Source: a virus (Duplodnaviria; Caudoviricetes). Taken from it: a DNA stretch of 64,000 nt. Numbering within the stretch: the first letter of the stretch is position 1; every line of letters starts with the position of its first letter. Both the position numbers and the translations under genes were made by a program. The DNA is taken from positions 1 to 64,000 of the IMG/VR virus record IMGVR_UViG_3300025706_000021; one strand, 5' to 3'. Under the pieces are notes generated by a model. It was given only the letters and a program-made list of their open reading frames with translations, did not search any database and was not told the origin of the DNA. This document shows, one piece after another, positions 9,494-18,801 of the stretch.

Positions 9494-10788
9494 TACGCAC
9501 CCGCCTTCAGTGCGTCGAGTTCAGCACGAAGCTCTTTCACTGCCTCGATCAGCACGGGAACCAGTTTTTCGTAAGCAACCGTCTTGTAGGACTCGCCGTC
9601 AATTTCGATAGAGTCAGTGACGATCTCTGGCATGACAGACATTACTTGATCTGCCAGAATCCCATAGTCACGCTTGCCAGCCTTACACTCGGTATGGGTG
9701 TAGCCATGTTTCCAGATGAATGTTCCGCCGTCGAGTTTGTTCAAGATGTCGAACGGACTTGAAACTCGCTCGAAGTTTTCCTTCAGACGCGGATCGGAGT
9801 AGGCGGTGACGTTTCCAGCGGCAGTCATATTGCCGCTTCCGTCTGAATACCACGACCACGCCGAGCGCGACCAACCACCAAACCCGAAAAACCCGTCAGG
9901 GCGCAGATGCAGCTTGATGGCGTAAGCGCCCTGACAGTGGAACGACATCGCTGCCACCGCACCGTCTCCATCCCCACTGACGTTACGCACCTGAAGCGAC
10001 GACGTATCAGATCCAACGGCAGTTGTAGAGTTGATCGCCGCACCGGTCAGAACGCCAGTCATCGTGTCGCCAGACTTTGCTAGACGCGAACTAAGATCGA
10101 GGTTGATATTCCCCGAACCATCTGGCCCCGAAGAATTGATCGTGCGAACGAACGACGACGCATTGTATCCGTCAAGCATATCTGCATTCAGATTGGCATT
10201 GACCGCCCCGTTGCTGACCGGGATGTCGCCACTTGCGTTGCTTACGTTCTTGCCATCAACCGTATCTGCATCCAGACCGGAGCCGGAGCCGTCGTTTTCT
10301 TCTGTCCAGACCTTGATCCAGCTTCCCCACGTTCCAGCAAGACGACGGCGCATGTATGTGCTTCCGTTTGCGGTCAGCGACGTTGCCTTTTGGAGAACGT
10401 ATCCAGACCCACCGCTGAATGCTTGAACAAAGATATGCCAGAAGCCAGCAGCCGGGGCATTCGTCAGGGAGTCGCCGTCGTAGAAGCCCGATGTCAAAAG
10501 CGCGTCAAGATCGGTCGATGCGATGCTCTTGCTGGTGCCCCAAGTAAGCGAGTTGATCGCTGAAGAGCCTGTTGCGAAATCCCAAATCAGCGACCAAGTT
10601 GGCGTTGCATCTTTCAGGATATACAGCTTGAGCAAATCCGTTCGAAAACAGAGCATGCCCACATGCAAATTCGAAGTCGGGAACACGCTTCCAGACGAAC
10701 ATGAAAGTGCGGTTTTGTCGTTACCAAGCAGCAGCGCCAAAGAACTTTGAAGCGACTGCGAGGAAGGAATTTCGGTATAGCTTTGCAT
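9493..10788 (-). CDS. Tail fibre with pyocin-knob-like segment and C-terminal S74 intramolecular chaperone
   Basis: YSDPRLKEN cleavage motif, RDYGILADQV and VAYEKLVPVLIEAVKEL; DLDALLTSGFY knob-like motif. Confidence 0.88.
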   Translation of the reverse strand: MQSYTEIPSSQSLQSSLALLLGNDKTALSCSSGSVFPTSNLHVGMLCFRTDLLKLYILKDATPTWSLIWDFATGSSAINSLTWGTSKSIASTDLDALLTSGFYDGDSLTNAPAAGFWHIFVQAFSGGSGYVLQKATSLTANGSTYMRRRLAGTWGSWIKVWTEENDGSGSGLDADTVDGKNVSNASGDIPVSNGAVNANLNADMLDGYNASSFVRTINSSGPDGSGNINLDLSSRLAKSGDTMTGVLTGAAINSTTAVGSDTSSLQVRNVSGDGDGAVAAMSFHCQGAYAIKLHLRPDGFFGFGGWSRSAWSWYSDGSGNMTAAGNVTAYSDPRLKENFERVSSPFDILNKLDGGTFIWKHGYTHTECKAGKRDYGILADQVMSVMPEIVTDSIEIDGESYKTVAYEKLVPVLIEAVKELRAELDALKAGA

Positions 10789-10827
10789 ACAAACCTTTAG
10801 TCAGTTGTGACTGATTTTAGCACAGGA

Positions 10828-11850
10828 TCAATATCCGTGTGCCGCCCATGTGAATGACCCTGTTGCGAATGCACCCGTCTGATCCTTCATCTTTGCGACA
10901 AAGCCAGTTTTTGTGGCAGAAACAAGATTTGGTGTCAGGGTAGTTCCATCAACGCCACCCTTGGTTGCCAGTGTTATTTCCGGGACGATGTGAAACGTCT
11001 TAGCGAAATTCACCGTGATTCCGGTACTCGCATTGGTGATCGTCGCTGACCCTCGGTCGATCAAATCTGGAACATCTACCGACATTTGCAAGCCGGTCAG
11101 CATGCCGCGATCAGAGTTCTTGCTTTCGAGAACTACGCGCACTAGCGCTTCCTGGTACTCGTAGTCGCCCGGAACGAAGTCACGCCATTTTGTGTATCCA
11201 GGTGCGCCCCCATAGCGAATGAATTCATCAAAGTCTTCGATAAACATATCGCCATTGCCAACGATCATGTCCGAGATAACCATGTCGGCAGCGCGTCGCC
11301 ACGCATCGATGATCGAGAACTGCTGCGAAATATTTTGCCCGAATCGATTTGAGGCAAGCTCGGCAATCGTCAGTGATTCATCAAACTGTCTGATGTACCC
11401 GACAGAGTTCAGGATAGATTCAGCAAACGTCAGTGACACCTCGACGTTCATTCCGAAATGGTTGTCGCAACTCTCTGTGATCGAGAGAGATTCGGAAAGC
11501 GATTTACTGGAAAGTTTCCCGGCAAAGCTCCCGATACTTAGCGGTTCGTCTAGCCACTGGCGGTAAGACCACACCGTACTGTCTGAAACCGCGAACGATT
11601 CGGCACACCCAAGCCCCGGCCCGCGATAGCTGTTTCCCGAGATTGAGAATGAGTCAGCAAGCTGCGTTTTAGGCGCATTCGAAAGCACCTCAACAAGGGG
11701 AAGATCCTCGTCAATGCCGAGGACGTACCCAATCGTGTCGTAAGGTGCGGCCCACGATCTGTATGAAACAAGCGAGTCAGTCCAGACGAGGGATTGGTTG
11801 TCCCACGTCATCATCGTTCCGTTATTCTGAACTACAGATGTTCCAGCCAT
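10828..11850 (-). CDS. Minor tail protein, uncharacterised
   Basis: 340 aa between TipJ and the fibre; C-terminal FTWAAHGY typical of tail proteins. Confidence 0.6.
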   Translation of the reverse strand: MAGTSVVQNNGTMMTWDNQSLVWTDSLVSYRSWAAPYDTIGYVLGIDEDLPLVEVLSNAPKTQLADSFSISGNSYRGPGLGCAESFAVSDSTVWSYRQWLDEPLSIGSFAGKLSSKSLSESLSITESCDNHFGMNVEVSLTFAESILNSVGYIRQFDESLTIAELASNRFGQNISQQFSIIDAWRRAADMVISDMIVGNGDMFIEDFDEFIRYGGAPGYTKWRDFVPGDYEYQEALVRVVLESKNSDRGMLTGLQMSVDVPDLIDRGSATITNASTGITVNFAKTFHIVPEITLATKGGVDGTTLTPNLVSATKTGFVAKMKDQTGAFATGSFTWAAHGY

Positions 11851-11899
11851 GCCCGCCTTAAGAAAGGCGACTTTCGCCGCCTATGTCAGTCGTGACTGA

Positions 11900-12349
11900 T
11901 TACGCCATCGTGAAGGTAAAGGTAACTTCGAGCGTGTCGGCGGCACCCTTGTTGATGACCGCGAAGACGACGCGATCAAGCAGGATACCGGCAGACGCGG
12001 CATTCAGCACGCCGGACTCGGTAATTGCGCCAGTTGCCACACCGGCACCGAAGATCGTATTGAAGGTGAAAATCTTCGTTCCGGCAGTGTGGGCATAGGT
12101 TGCGGCACCGCGAGCAAGCTCGGTGCCAAGCGCGGTATTGCCAGCGGCGGCAGCAACAGCGCCAGTGCCGACAGCAATGTGACTCATAACACCAGGACGA
12201 GAGGCAGATTTCCCAATCGCGTCAGCGATAAAGTCGAAACCGACATTCACGATGATGTTGTCTTTGAAGCGGGTTTCAACCGAGCCATCTGCGCGACGCA
12301 GAACGGCTTCCATTGCGCCTTTCATCTGAAAGGTGTCTTTGTTTTCCAT
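11900..12349 (-). CDS. Tail-associated structural protein
   Basis: Start at MENKDTF; HIAVGTG...NTALGTELAR...GAITESG motif. Confidence 0.65.
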   Translation of the reverse strand: MENKDTFQMKGAMEAVLRRADGSVETRFKDNIIVNVGFDFIADAIGKSASRPGVMSHIAVGTGAVAAAAGNTALGTELARGAATYAHTAGTKIFTFNTIFGAGVATGAITESGVLNAASAGILLDRVVFAVINKGAADTLEVTFTFTMA

Positions 12350-12412
12350 TACGAATACTCCTGAAACGGCATGAGCCAGATTGCACAAGGATAACTCACT
12401 GGTGAGTTACCG

Positions 12413-15400
12413 TCAAGACCAATAGAGTTTAAGCGCTGTCATTGTTCCGATGGGGGTCAGCGCAGCTTCCCCATGCCCAACCAGGCCGCCCAGCTTTCCA
12501 ACAAACAGCTTTCGAACATCTGCTGTCTGCACTATCACCACACCAATAACATCGTTCGGAACGATTGTGAGCGGTGCGTAGACTGCATTCCCCTGATTGT
12601 CTGTCAGGGAGAAGCGCTGCGTCGGTTCGTCATATCCCAAACGCAAGTATCCACCCGCACCGGAGAACTCAAGCACTGAGATTTGCGCGGCATCGCCGAT
12701 CATCTTTGGGATCAGCCATGTCGAATATTTGAAAACCGGCTGAATCGACACATTCGTCCAATCAACCTTGACGCCACCTTGGAGTCGCAGACCTTGGGTG
12801 TTTCTTCCAGCCTGATACGTGACATTTGTTGCGGTTGTTGCGGCCTTCCCGCCAATGCTTGTCAGAGAACCGCTAAGCATCCATCCATCGAATTCGTCAA
12901 AGCGCAGACCCGCCTTCATCGATATTTGGTATTTCGCAACAACCGAATCAACTTCACCGCCAGGTGCCCAATGACGCAGCGACTCTGTACTAAGCCAATC
13001 AAACCCCGATGTTGTCCAGGTGATCGTGTCGGTATCGTCAAGGATCGACGTGACCTGTCCATAGATGGAATTCGCGGCTCGATAGGTATCAAGCAGATCA
13101 ACAGGGAAGATGTACTCGCATCGAGACACGCCGTCGATCATCATCAGGTCGTAACCAACCGGCGTCATGTTCAGCGAGTTGTGCGGCCAGTTGAGCGCCG
13201 CCTCATTGAACGACGCAACGATGTTCGAGTCTGTCGGCATCGCAATGGTCGTGTCGACCCATGCGGCATTTACGCTGTAGATTCCAGGAGCAGCGACAGC
13301 TTTGATCCAGAACTTGCGAATGCCGATTGTTCCAGACGGGACAGACAGCGACGTTGCCTTCACTTCAGCAAGTACCTTACCCGATTGCCACGCGCTGCCC
13401 TCGCGCACTTCGTAGTACGAGATTTCCTCGTTTTCCGCGCTCTCCCACGTTAGCTCAACACGGGAACCAGACTGAATGATGTCGAAGCGTTTCGGCGTGC
13501 TTGGGGCGACAAGAACGAGCTTGAAGGTCGTCACGTTGTCAGAATACTCCCCGCCCATGTTGATTGAGCGAATGTGGTAGAAGTACGTGCCAGCATTGTC
13601 CTGGTCATGCGTCAGCATCGTTCCCGCGAAGTTTGTCGTAATGATCGAACCCTCGTCCCACGACACCCCAACGCGAACCTCGTATCCAAGCAGGTTGATG
13701 TCCGTAACCGCATCCCATGTCAGCAACAAATCGCGCGTGCGCTTTTGCACGACGAAGTTTGCCACGTCACCAGGCGCAGCAGTTTTGCCAACTGTGATGT
13801 ATGAGGCATCAAGTCTTGCCGAGCGAACCCCAAAAGCATTTACGGCTGTAATCGAAAAGTGGTAGCGACCAGCACGCACATTGTCCAGTTCGAGAAGCGC
13901 GCTGCTTGTCTTTTCGGTTTTCCAGTTCGTTTCGTATTTACCGGTGCGCTTCCAGTCAATTTCGTAATATGCAGCATCGCACTCCCACGAAACATCAAGG
14001 GTCAGGCCCATTATGCCTGGCGCGATGATGACAGGAACTTCAGATACCGCAAAGTTCTTCGGGGTAGTGACGGACTTTGTGTTGATAGCCGATGTTGGCG
14101 TATCCTGCAACTTCAGACCATACTCAATCGCGGCGAATTTCGACTTGTTATGCTCTACCGCAGTGATCGTGTATTGCCCTACTTCCTTGCCCTGCCCGAC
14201 ACCAAGCACGCGCGCTTGCATCGGCACAAGGTTCGGTTCGGATATGATCCAAATGGCACCATCTACGGGATATGCAGGAAGAGGCTCCCACCATGAAACT
14301 GACGTTTGCTCAGATGCACCAGCAGGCAAACCGCGAAGTGTGCGCTCCGCAAATGTTCCATCCGGCATTCGAATGGAGATTGTCGTCCCATCAAGTCCTG
14401 CCAACTGCACTGGACTGTCGAGAACAACCGATGTCAGCCCAGGCGCGGTAAGACGACCACCGAGGCGCTTACCAGCGCGTGACGCATCCTGAATTCGAAT
14501 CAGGTCGCCAGGAAGCACCAGCGCCGAGTCGATCCCGACACTGAATGACACGACGTCGGATTCGAATTGCTCTGTATAAAGAATCCAAAGACCAACGCGG
14601 TGCGCTTGAGCGCGCGATGTGCATCCGAATGCAACGACCTCAACCTTTCGAATCCCAACCTTTGCGATCATGTCGGGGTTTTCGACGTACTCAATCACGC
14701 GCTGATAGTTCTGAGTAGGATCGTTCCACGCGACATGCGCAACGCTGTGACGGTCTTTTCTTGCAGATCCAGTGTAAGTGAACAGCCCGTCAATAACATT
14801 TGCATGGCTATACACCATCTGCGAGTCGCCCGGTGCGTCTTGCGTGAATCCGACCATGCCGCCATTCCAGTATGCCATTCCTCTAAAGACAGAGGTGATG
14901 TCAGAAATGACCTTGTAAGCCTCCGCTTGCGCCTGGATTACCGTATTGATCGTGAAGCGCGGCTCCCACCCACCAAAGCCATTTGGAACCATTTCGTCGC
15001 AGTAACGACCGATCTGATAGAGCTTGGCCTTATCGACTCTTGACTCAGGCAAGAATTGCCCAAGACCGTAGCGGGCGGTCGTCAGAATGTCGTAAAGAAC
15101 CCAGGCTGGATTGTTCGAAACTGCGACTTTGAACGTGCCATCCCAAATGCCGTAATACTGACGCGAGGCTGGGTCGTAATTTGTCGGCACGCGAATATAC
15201 AAACCATCAACCAAGTAGGCGCGCGATGGGATTGAGTTGAACTGCGACGAATCGATTGTTACGCCGACAATCGCGGAGTTAGGGTAGCTCAGTCGTGAAT
15301 TAACGATCTCGACGCATGACTCGAATCCGATCTGGTTTTGCACAGACTGGTCGGCAGGATCGGGAGTAGTGCGCGTCATTCGGATCGACCAGCGCTGTGC

Positions 15401-16447
15401 AGCACCACCGTAGCCCCACTTTGGGAGTGCCACTTGATAGCTGCGCTCGTAGCGTGAGCGCGTCTTTCCAGAAATACTCAACTCACCGGTCAAGTCCTGG
15501 TATGGCCCGCCGTTGATGGACACATCGAATTTGAAATTGACGTAGCTTCCGTGGATGTCCCCATTCGTCTTGTCCTGCGAGTACAGGCTTTGCACAGCAA
15601 CAATCAATCGAACGGCATCGACGTTCGGGTTCGTGATCGACACGGAGATCGGCGTTGATGCGGTGACGAGCGAACTTACGACATTCGGCGTCTCGACATC
15701 AGAGAACCCACCTCCCATCGGGGATTGCCATTGTGTTCCGTATCGCGCGTCCCACGAAACACCATTGAAGTTCATTGCGCCATCGACGCGCTGCAATGGG
15801 GTATCGTTGAAGAAAATGGACTGAGCGCCACTCACCAAGCCGCCGATCTGCCCCTCTCCCAATAGGTCGAGAACCGAGATCATCGCACGCGACTGCAATG
15901 TGTCTGGATCTTCTACAGCAGCGCGTGGGGTGCCACCACCGTCGCCCTTGCTCTTGCTACCACCACCAGAACCAGCAACGACAGGATAGCGCTCGCGGTG
16001 CCCGCCGTTATGAACGCGAACGCCACTTGCGATGAACGTGTGGTGCGGTTCGACTGTCAGGTTCCACACCGGTTCGTAACCGACCAGTTCGGCCTCAATG
16101 ATCGGACGAAGATGCCCCATGCCATCAACAAGGGCGTCATGGGTCGAGAGAGAACCGATCTCGGCAAAGTTTCCATACTGGTTCAGAACCCAATGGTTTG
16201 GGGTGATGAACACCTCACCACGCCAAAACTTCACACGAAGAATTGGCTGCGGATCTTCGTGGTAGTGCAGTTCCGTTACTTTCGCGTTGTGGATGTTGCC
16301 ATCTTCGTCAAACGCAAGAACAGAGTCGCCCGTCTTGAGTTCTTCGATTGCGAGCGTCTTTCCACCCGCAAGCTGAACCTGCGTTCCCTTTCGAAAACAC
16401 CCACCGCCACCACCCGCGCCAGCAATACTTCTCAGTTCGTCAGACAT
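12413..16447 (-). CDS. Tail tip/central fibre protein J (TipJ) with N-terminal Hint domain
   Basis: 1344 aa; LLGEGQIGG, YPNSAIVG, SNNPAWVLYDIL, FGCTSRAQAHRVG, FN3 repeats; Hint at aa 17-147. Confidence 0.92.
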   Translation of the reverse strand: MSDELRSIAGAGGGGGCFRKGTQVQLAGGKTLAIEELKTGDSVLAFDEDGNIHNAKVTELHYHEDPQPILRVKFWRGEVFITPNHWVLNQYGNFAEIGSLSTHDALVDGMGHLRPIIEAELVGYEPVWNLTVEPHHTFIASGVRVHNGGHRERYPVVAGSGGGSKSKGDGGGTPRAAVEDPDTLQSRAMISVLDLLGEGQIGGLVSGAQSIFFNDTPLQRVDGAMNFNGVSWDARYGTQWQSPMGGGFSDVETPNVVSSLVTASTPISVSITNPNVDAVRLIVAVQSLYSQDKTNGDIHGSYVNFKFDVSINGGPYQDLTGELSISGKTRSRYERSYQVALPKWGYGGAAQRWSIRMTRTTPDPADQSVQNQIGFESCVEIVNSRLSYPNSAIVGVTIDSSQFNSIPSRAYLVDGLYIRVPTNYDPASRQYYGIWDGTFKVAVSNNPAWVLYDILTTARYGLGQFLPESRVDKAKLYQIGRYCDEMVPNGFGGWEPRFTINTVIQAQAEAYKVISDITSVFRGMAYWNGGMVGFTQDAPGDSQMVYSHANVIDGLFTYTGSARKDRHSVAHVAWNDPTQNYQRVIEYVENPDMIAKVGIRKVEVVAFGCTSRAQAHRVGLWILYTEQFESDVVSFSVGIDSALVLPGDLIRIQDASRAGKRLGGRLTAPGLTSVVLDSPVQLAGLDGTTISIRMPDGTFAERTLRGLPAGASEQTSVSWWEPLPAYPVDGAIWIISEPNLVPMQARVLGVGQGKEVGQYTITAVEHNKSKFAAIEYGLKLQDTPTSAINTKSVTTPKNFAVSEVPVIIAPGIMGLTLDVSWECDAAYYEIDWKRTGKYETNWKTEKTSSALLELDNVRAGRYHFSITAVNAFGVRSARLDASYITVGKTAAPGDVANFVVQKRTRDLLLTWDAVTDINLLGYEVRVGVSWDEGSIITTNFAGTMLTHDQDNAGTYFYHIRSINMGGEYSDNVTTFKLVLVAPSTPKRFDIIQSGSRVELTWESAENEEISYYEVREGSAWQSGKVLAEVKATSLSVPSGTIGIRKFWIKAVAAPGIYSVNAAWVDTTIAMPTDSNIVASFNEAALNWPHNSLNMTPVGYDLMMIDGVSRCEYIFPVDLLDTYRAANSIYGQVTSILDDTDTITWTTSGFDWLSTESLRHWAPGGEVDSVVAKYQISMKAGLRFDEFDGWMLSGSLTSIGGKAATTATNVTYQAGRNTQGLRLQGGVKVDWTNVSIQPVFKYSTWLIPKMIGDAAQISVLEFSGAGGYLRLGYDEPTQRFSLTDNQGNAVYAPLTIVPNDVIGVVIVQTADVRKLFVGKLGGLVGHGEAALTPIGTMTALKLYWS
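16007..16399 (-). other. Hint / intein-like domain (131 aa) in TipJ
   Basis: Starts CFRKGT, has ITPNH block B, ends VWNLTVEPHHTFIASGVRVHN; +1 residue is Gly. Confidence 0.85.
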
Positions 16448-16457
16448 AGTTTCTCAA

Positions 16458-17045
16458 TTACATGAGTTGATCGACCGTGGCCGACACAGAAATCGTTCGT
16501 GATCCAACCATGACTCGCCCATAAATCAGCGAAACAGGCGCACCTTGCGGCGACGTGTTTGTCGGGCCGTCGAAGTAGTAGGAAGCCTTGCTTTCGTATG
16601 CTTGCTCCTGCTTCGCCTCTTGCGTCTTCGGCGTCTTGGTTAGCATTTCGGCGATACCACCGGCGAACATGCTGATGCCCATTCCTATGAGCGGCGCACC
16701 AAATGGGGTCTCGCTAAGAATCACGCCAACAATCACAAGAACAACCCCAAGAACCGCCTTAAAGGCGCCGCCAGCGCCGACGATTATCGGAACGAAGCGA
16801 ATTGACTTCATCTTGCGCTCCAGCTTGACCGTTTCTTCTTCGAGTTCTTCTTCGCTTCCGTCTTCGTACTCGACAATCACACTGTAGCGGTCGAAGTTTT
16901 TAAGCTGTTCTCGAATCCACTTGAATACGCCTGGCTTATTGGCATCGACCATACGCAGCGCTTCAATTGGCGAGCGAACGCTAAGCTCCCACTCGCGCCC
17001 GAATTCCTTGCCCATCTGTCCTTCGAGAATTACCTTGGTCAGCAT
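16458..17045 (-). CDS. Tail assembly protein I (lambda gpI-like)
   Basis: FVPIIVGAGG, SYYFDGP, QGAPVSLIYG. Confidence 0.88.
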   Translation of the reverse strand: MLTKVILEGQMGKEFGREWELSVRSPIEALRMVDANKPGVFKWIREQLKNFDRYSVIVEYEDGSEEELEEETVKLERKMKSIRFVPIIVGAGGAFKAVLGVVLVIVGVILSETPFGAPLIGMGISMFAGGIAEMLTKTPKTQEAKQEQAYESKASYYFDGPTNTSPQGAPVSLIYGRVMVGSRTISVSATVDQLM

Positions 17046-17773
17046 TTCGATTCGTGTCTCAGGTGAAGCATCGTGTGTTTGTGCCAGTAACCAGCGTAGA
17101 TGTCACGGCGCGATAGGCGCCCGTGACAGTGGTGCAAAATCATGTCGTCGCCAATGTAGATGGCGATATGGTTTGGATTCGCGTGTCCGGTTTGCAGAAT
17201 GAACAAATCGCCAGGAATGGGTTCGCGGTCAATTAGCTTCACCATCCCTTCGTTCTTCCAGTTCTGCCCAAAGAAGTCGTGGCCTTGCTCCCAAAACTTC
17301 TCGATACGCGGGTAATCGCCCAGCGTGATCCCAAACTCTCTGCGGTAGTAGTCACGCACCAGCGACCAACAATCAAGCACGCCAAACACGTATGGGCGCT
17401 CAAGGTAGGGCAACTCAAAACCAGAGGGATTAACGACGATAGGCCCGTCAGAAATGAATCCGTCTTCGCTCTTATGGATAGATGTGATGTACCAAGGAAG
17501 GCCGGAGTTCTCGCAGCCCACCAAGTCTGCATCTGATGGGCTGTTTGGGCACTCGACGTGCGTGTGCCAGACACCGATGATCTCGCCCTGATCAGCCGCA
17601 GCAGCGTAGTCGTGAATGTCCATCACGAAGTTGTTTCTTGGATCTTCCGCGCGGTTTCTGCATACGACCGGCAGAGACTTCTTGCCGACCTTAACCACCA
17701 GACCACAAGCCTCGTTCGGGTATTGCGCCTCGCCAAACTCGCGCATTGCGAGTGCCAGGTCTTTAATATCCAC
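17039..17773 (-). CDS. Tail assembly protein K (MPN/JAB plus NlpC/P60)
   Basis: GTG start at 17773 with AGGAG RBS; YPNEACG, WHTH...PSDAD, DCWSLVRDYY, HIAIY. Confidence 0.9.
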   Translation of the reverse strand: MDIKDLALAMREFGEAQYPNEACGLVVKVGKKSLPVVCRNRAEDPRNNFVMDIHDYAAAADQGEIIGVWHTHVECPNSPSDADLVGCENSGLPWYITSIHKSEDGFISDGPIVVNPSGFELPYLERPYVFGVLDCWSLVRDYYRREFGITLGDYPRIEKFWEQGHDFFGQNWKNEGMVKLIDREPIPGDLFILQTGHANPNHIAIYIGDDMILHHCHGRLSRRDIYAGYWHKHTMLHLRHESKC

Positions 17774-18449
17774 GCATCGCTCCTGGGAATCCACCGAACG
17801 GCAAAACACCGCCACCAAATCTCGCCTTGCAAGATGACAGTCTTTTTGCGCAGAAGTCATGCTCTTGATATGGTGTTGGGTTGTCGTTCGTATCGACGTA
17901 ACCGCCAGTCCAACCGCACTCGCCGCTTCGGTATCTCCACGGGCATGCGTTTTGAATGACCTGGCGGTAAGGTAGCATCACGCCCTGCAAATCAAACGCA
18001 GAGGCGAGTTCCCACTCGACCACGTAGCGGTTTTCGGAAATCTTCTGGTCAATAAACCAGATGTCATCCTCTAGGTGCTGATTTGGGTCTGCCGATGGAT
18101 TGCCGCCAGGAAAATTGACCGCATCAAGAAATCGGACAAACGTGCGCTTGCGCGTCAGCTTGCACCCGATAAGGTCATCACTTTGACGAACCGCAGCCGA
18201 GAAAATGCCATCGATGTTTGCGACACGAACCTTCGGGCGCGGTAGCGTGCCCTTCGCATTGACGTCGAATCCCTCTGCCTCAACCGGGAGCGCAATGTAT
18301 TCGACGTTCTGCCATACAACGTGCTGCTGCAACTCGTTTGTTCCAGCATGAAAGCGACCGATTCCAGCACCGACACTTGTCATGTCGATTTCGAATAGCT
18401 CGACAATGGCTGTCGGGGCTAGTAGCTGAATTTCAGTTTTGACGCTCAC
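17763..18449 (-). CDS. Minor tail protein L (Fe-S Cys motif)
   Basis: CPWRYRSGECGW...CAKRLSSCKARF...FGGFPG. Confidence 0.92.
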   Translation of the reverse strand: MSVKTEIQLLAPTAIVELFEIDMTSVGAGIGRFHAGTNELQQHVVWQNVEYIALPVEAEGFDVNAKGTLPRPKVRVANIDGIFSAAVRQSDDLIGCKLTRKRTFVRFLDAVNFPGGNPSADPNQHLEDDIWFIDQKISENRYVVEWELASAFDLQGVMLPYRQVIQNACPWRYRSGECGWTGGYVDTNDNPTPYQEHDFCAKRLSSCKARFGGGVLPFGGFPGAMRGY

Positions 18450-18784
18450 AGATCGAATACCTGCTCGAATGTCGCCGTAACGACGTAGATTCCAAAGTTC
18501 TGCTGACTGCTAGACCACTCAGCGCAGGTGTATGTCGCCTCGATATTCATCGGATCTACCCATGCGAATGGCTCGACACCGCCTCGCGCATTGAGAAACG
18601 TAAGAATGTCCGTCGCTGTGGCGAGGTTCGTCGTGAAGGTCACATTCCACGACTTCGGCTTCGAGTTGATGCCAACAGGAACGCGAAGCGCGTAGCCATC
18701 GCCAAACTTCGTTACCGTCACGTTTGGTTTAAACGTCTGACGCGCCCCGAGATCGGGATTCCAAGTGAAATTAGGCTTACTCAT
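18446..18784 (-). CDS. Minor tail protein M / distal tail protein
   Basis: VTKFGDGYALR...GINS, FLNARGGVEPFAW. Confidence 0.9.
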   Translation of the reverse strand: MSKPNFTWNPDLGARQTFKPNVTVTKFGDGYALRVPVGINSKPKSWNVTFTTNLATATDILTFLNARGGVEPFAWVDPMNIEATYTCAEWSSSQQNFGIYVVTATFEQVFDL

Positions 18785-18801
18785 TATATGTCACCCGTGA
18801 C

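Noticed and set aside
8963-10788. Diversity-generating retroelement targeting the fibre or Cys-rich protein
   Set aside because: No reverse transcriptase and no second near-identical template repeat seen in the window.
16007-16399. Canonical splicing intein or homing element
   Set aside because: No endonuclease domain and the +1 residue is Gly; reported as a Hint/BIL-like domain.
17039-17860. ORF-track starts for K (17860), major tail (23746), ParB2 (37788) and ABC ATPase (35252)
   Set aside because: Upstream extensions overlap other genes and lack an RBS; downstream starts with Shine-Dalgarno motifs or coupling were chosen instead.
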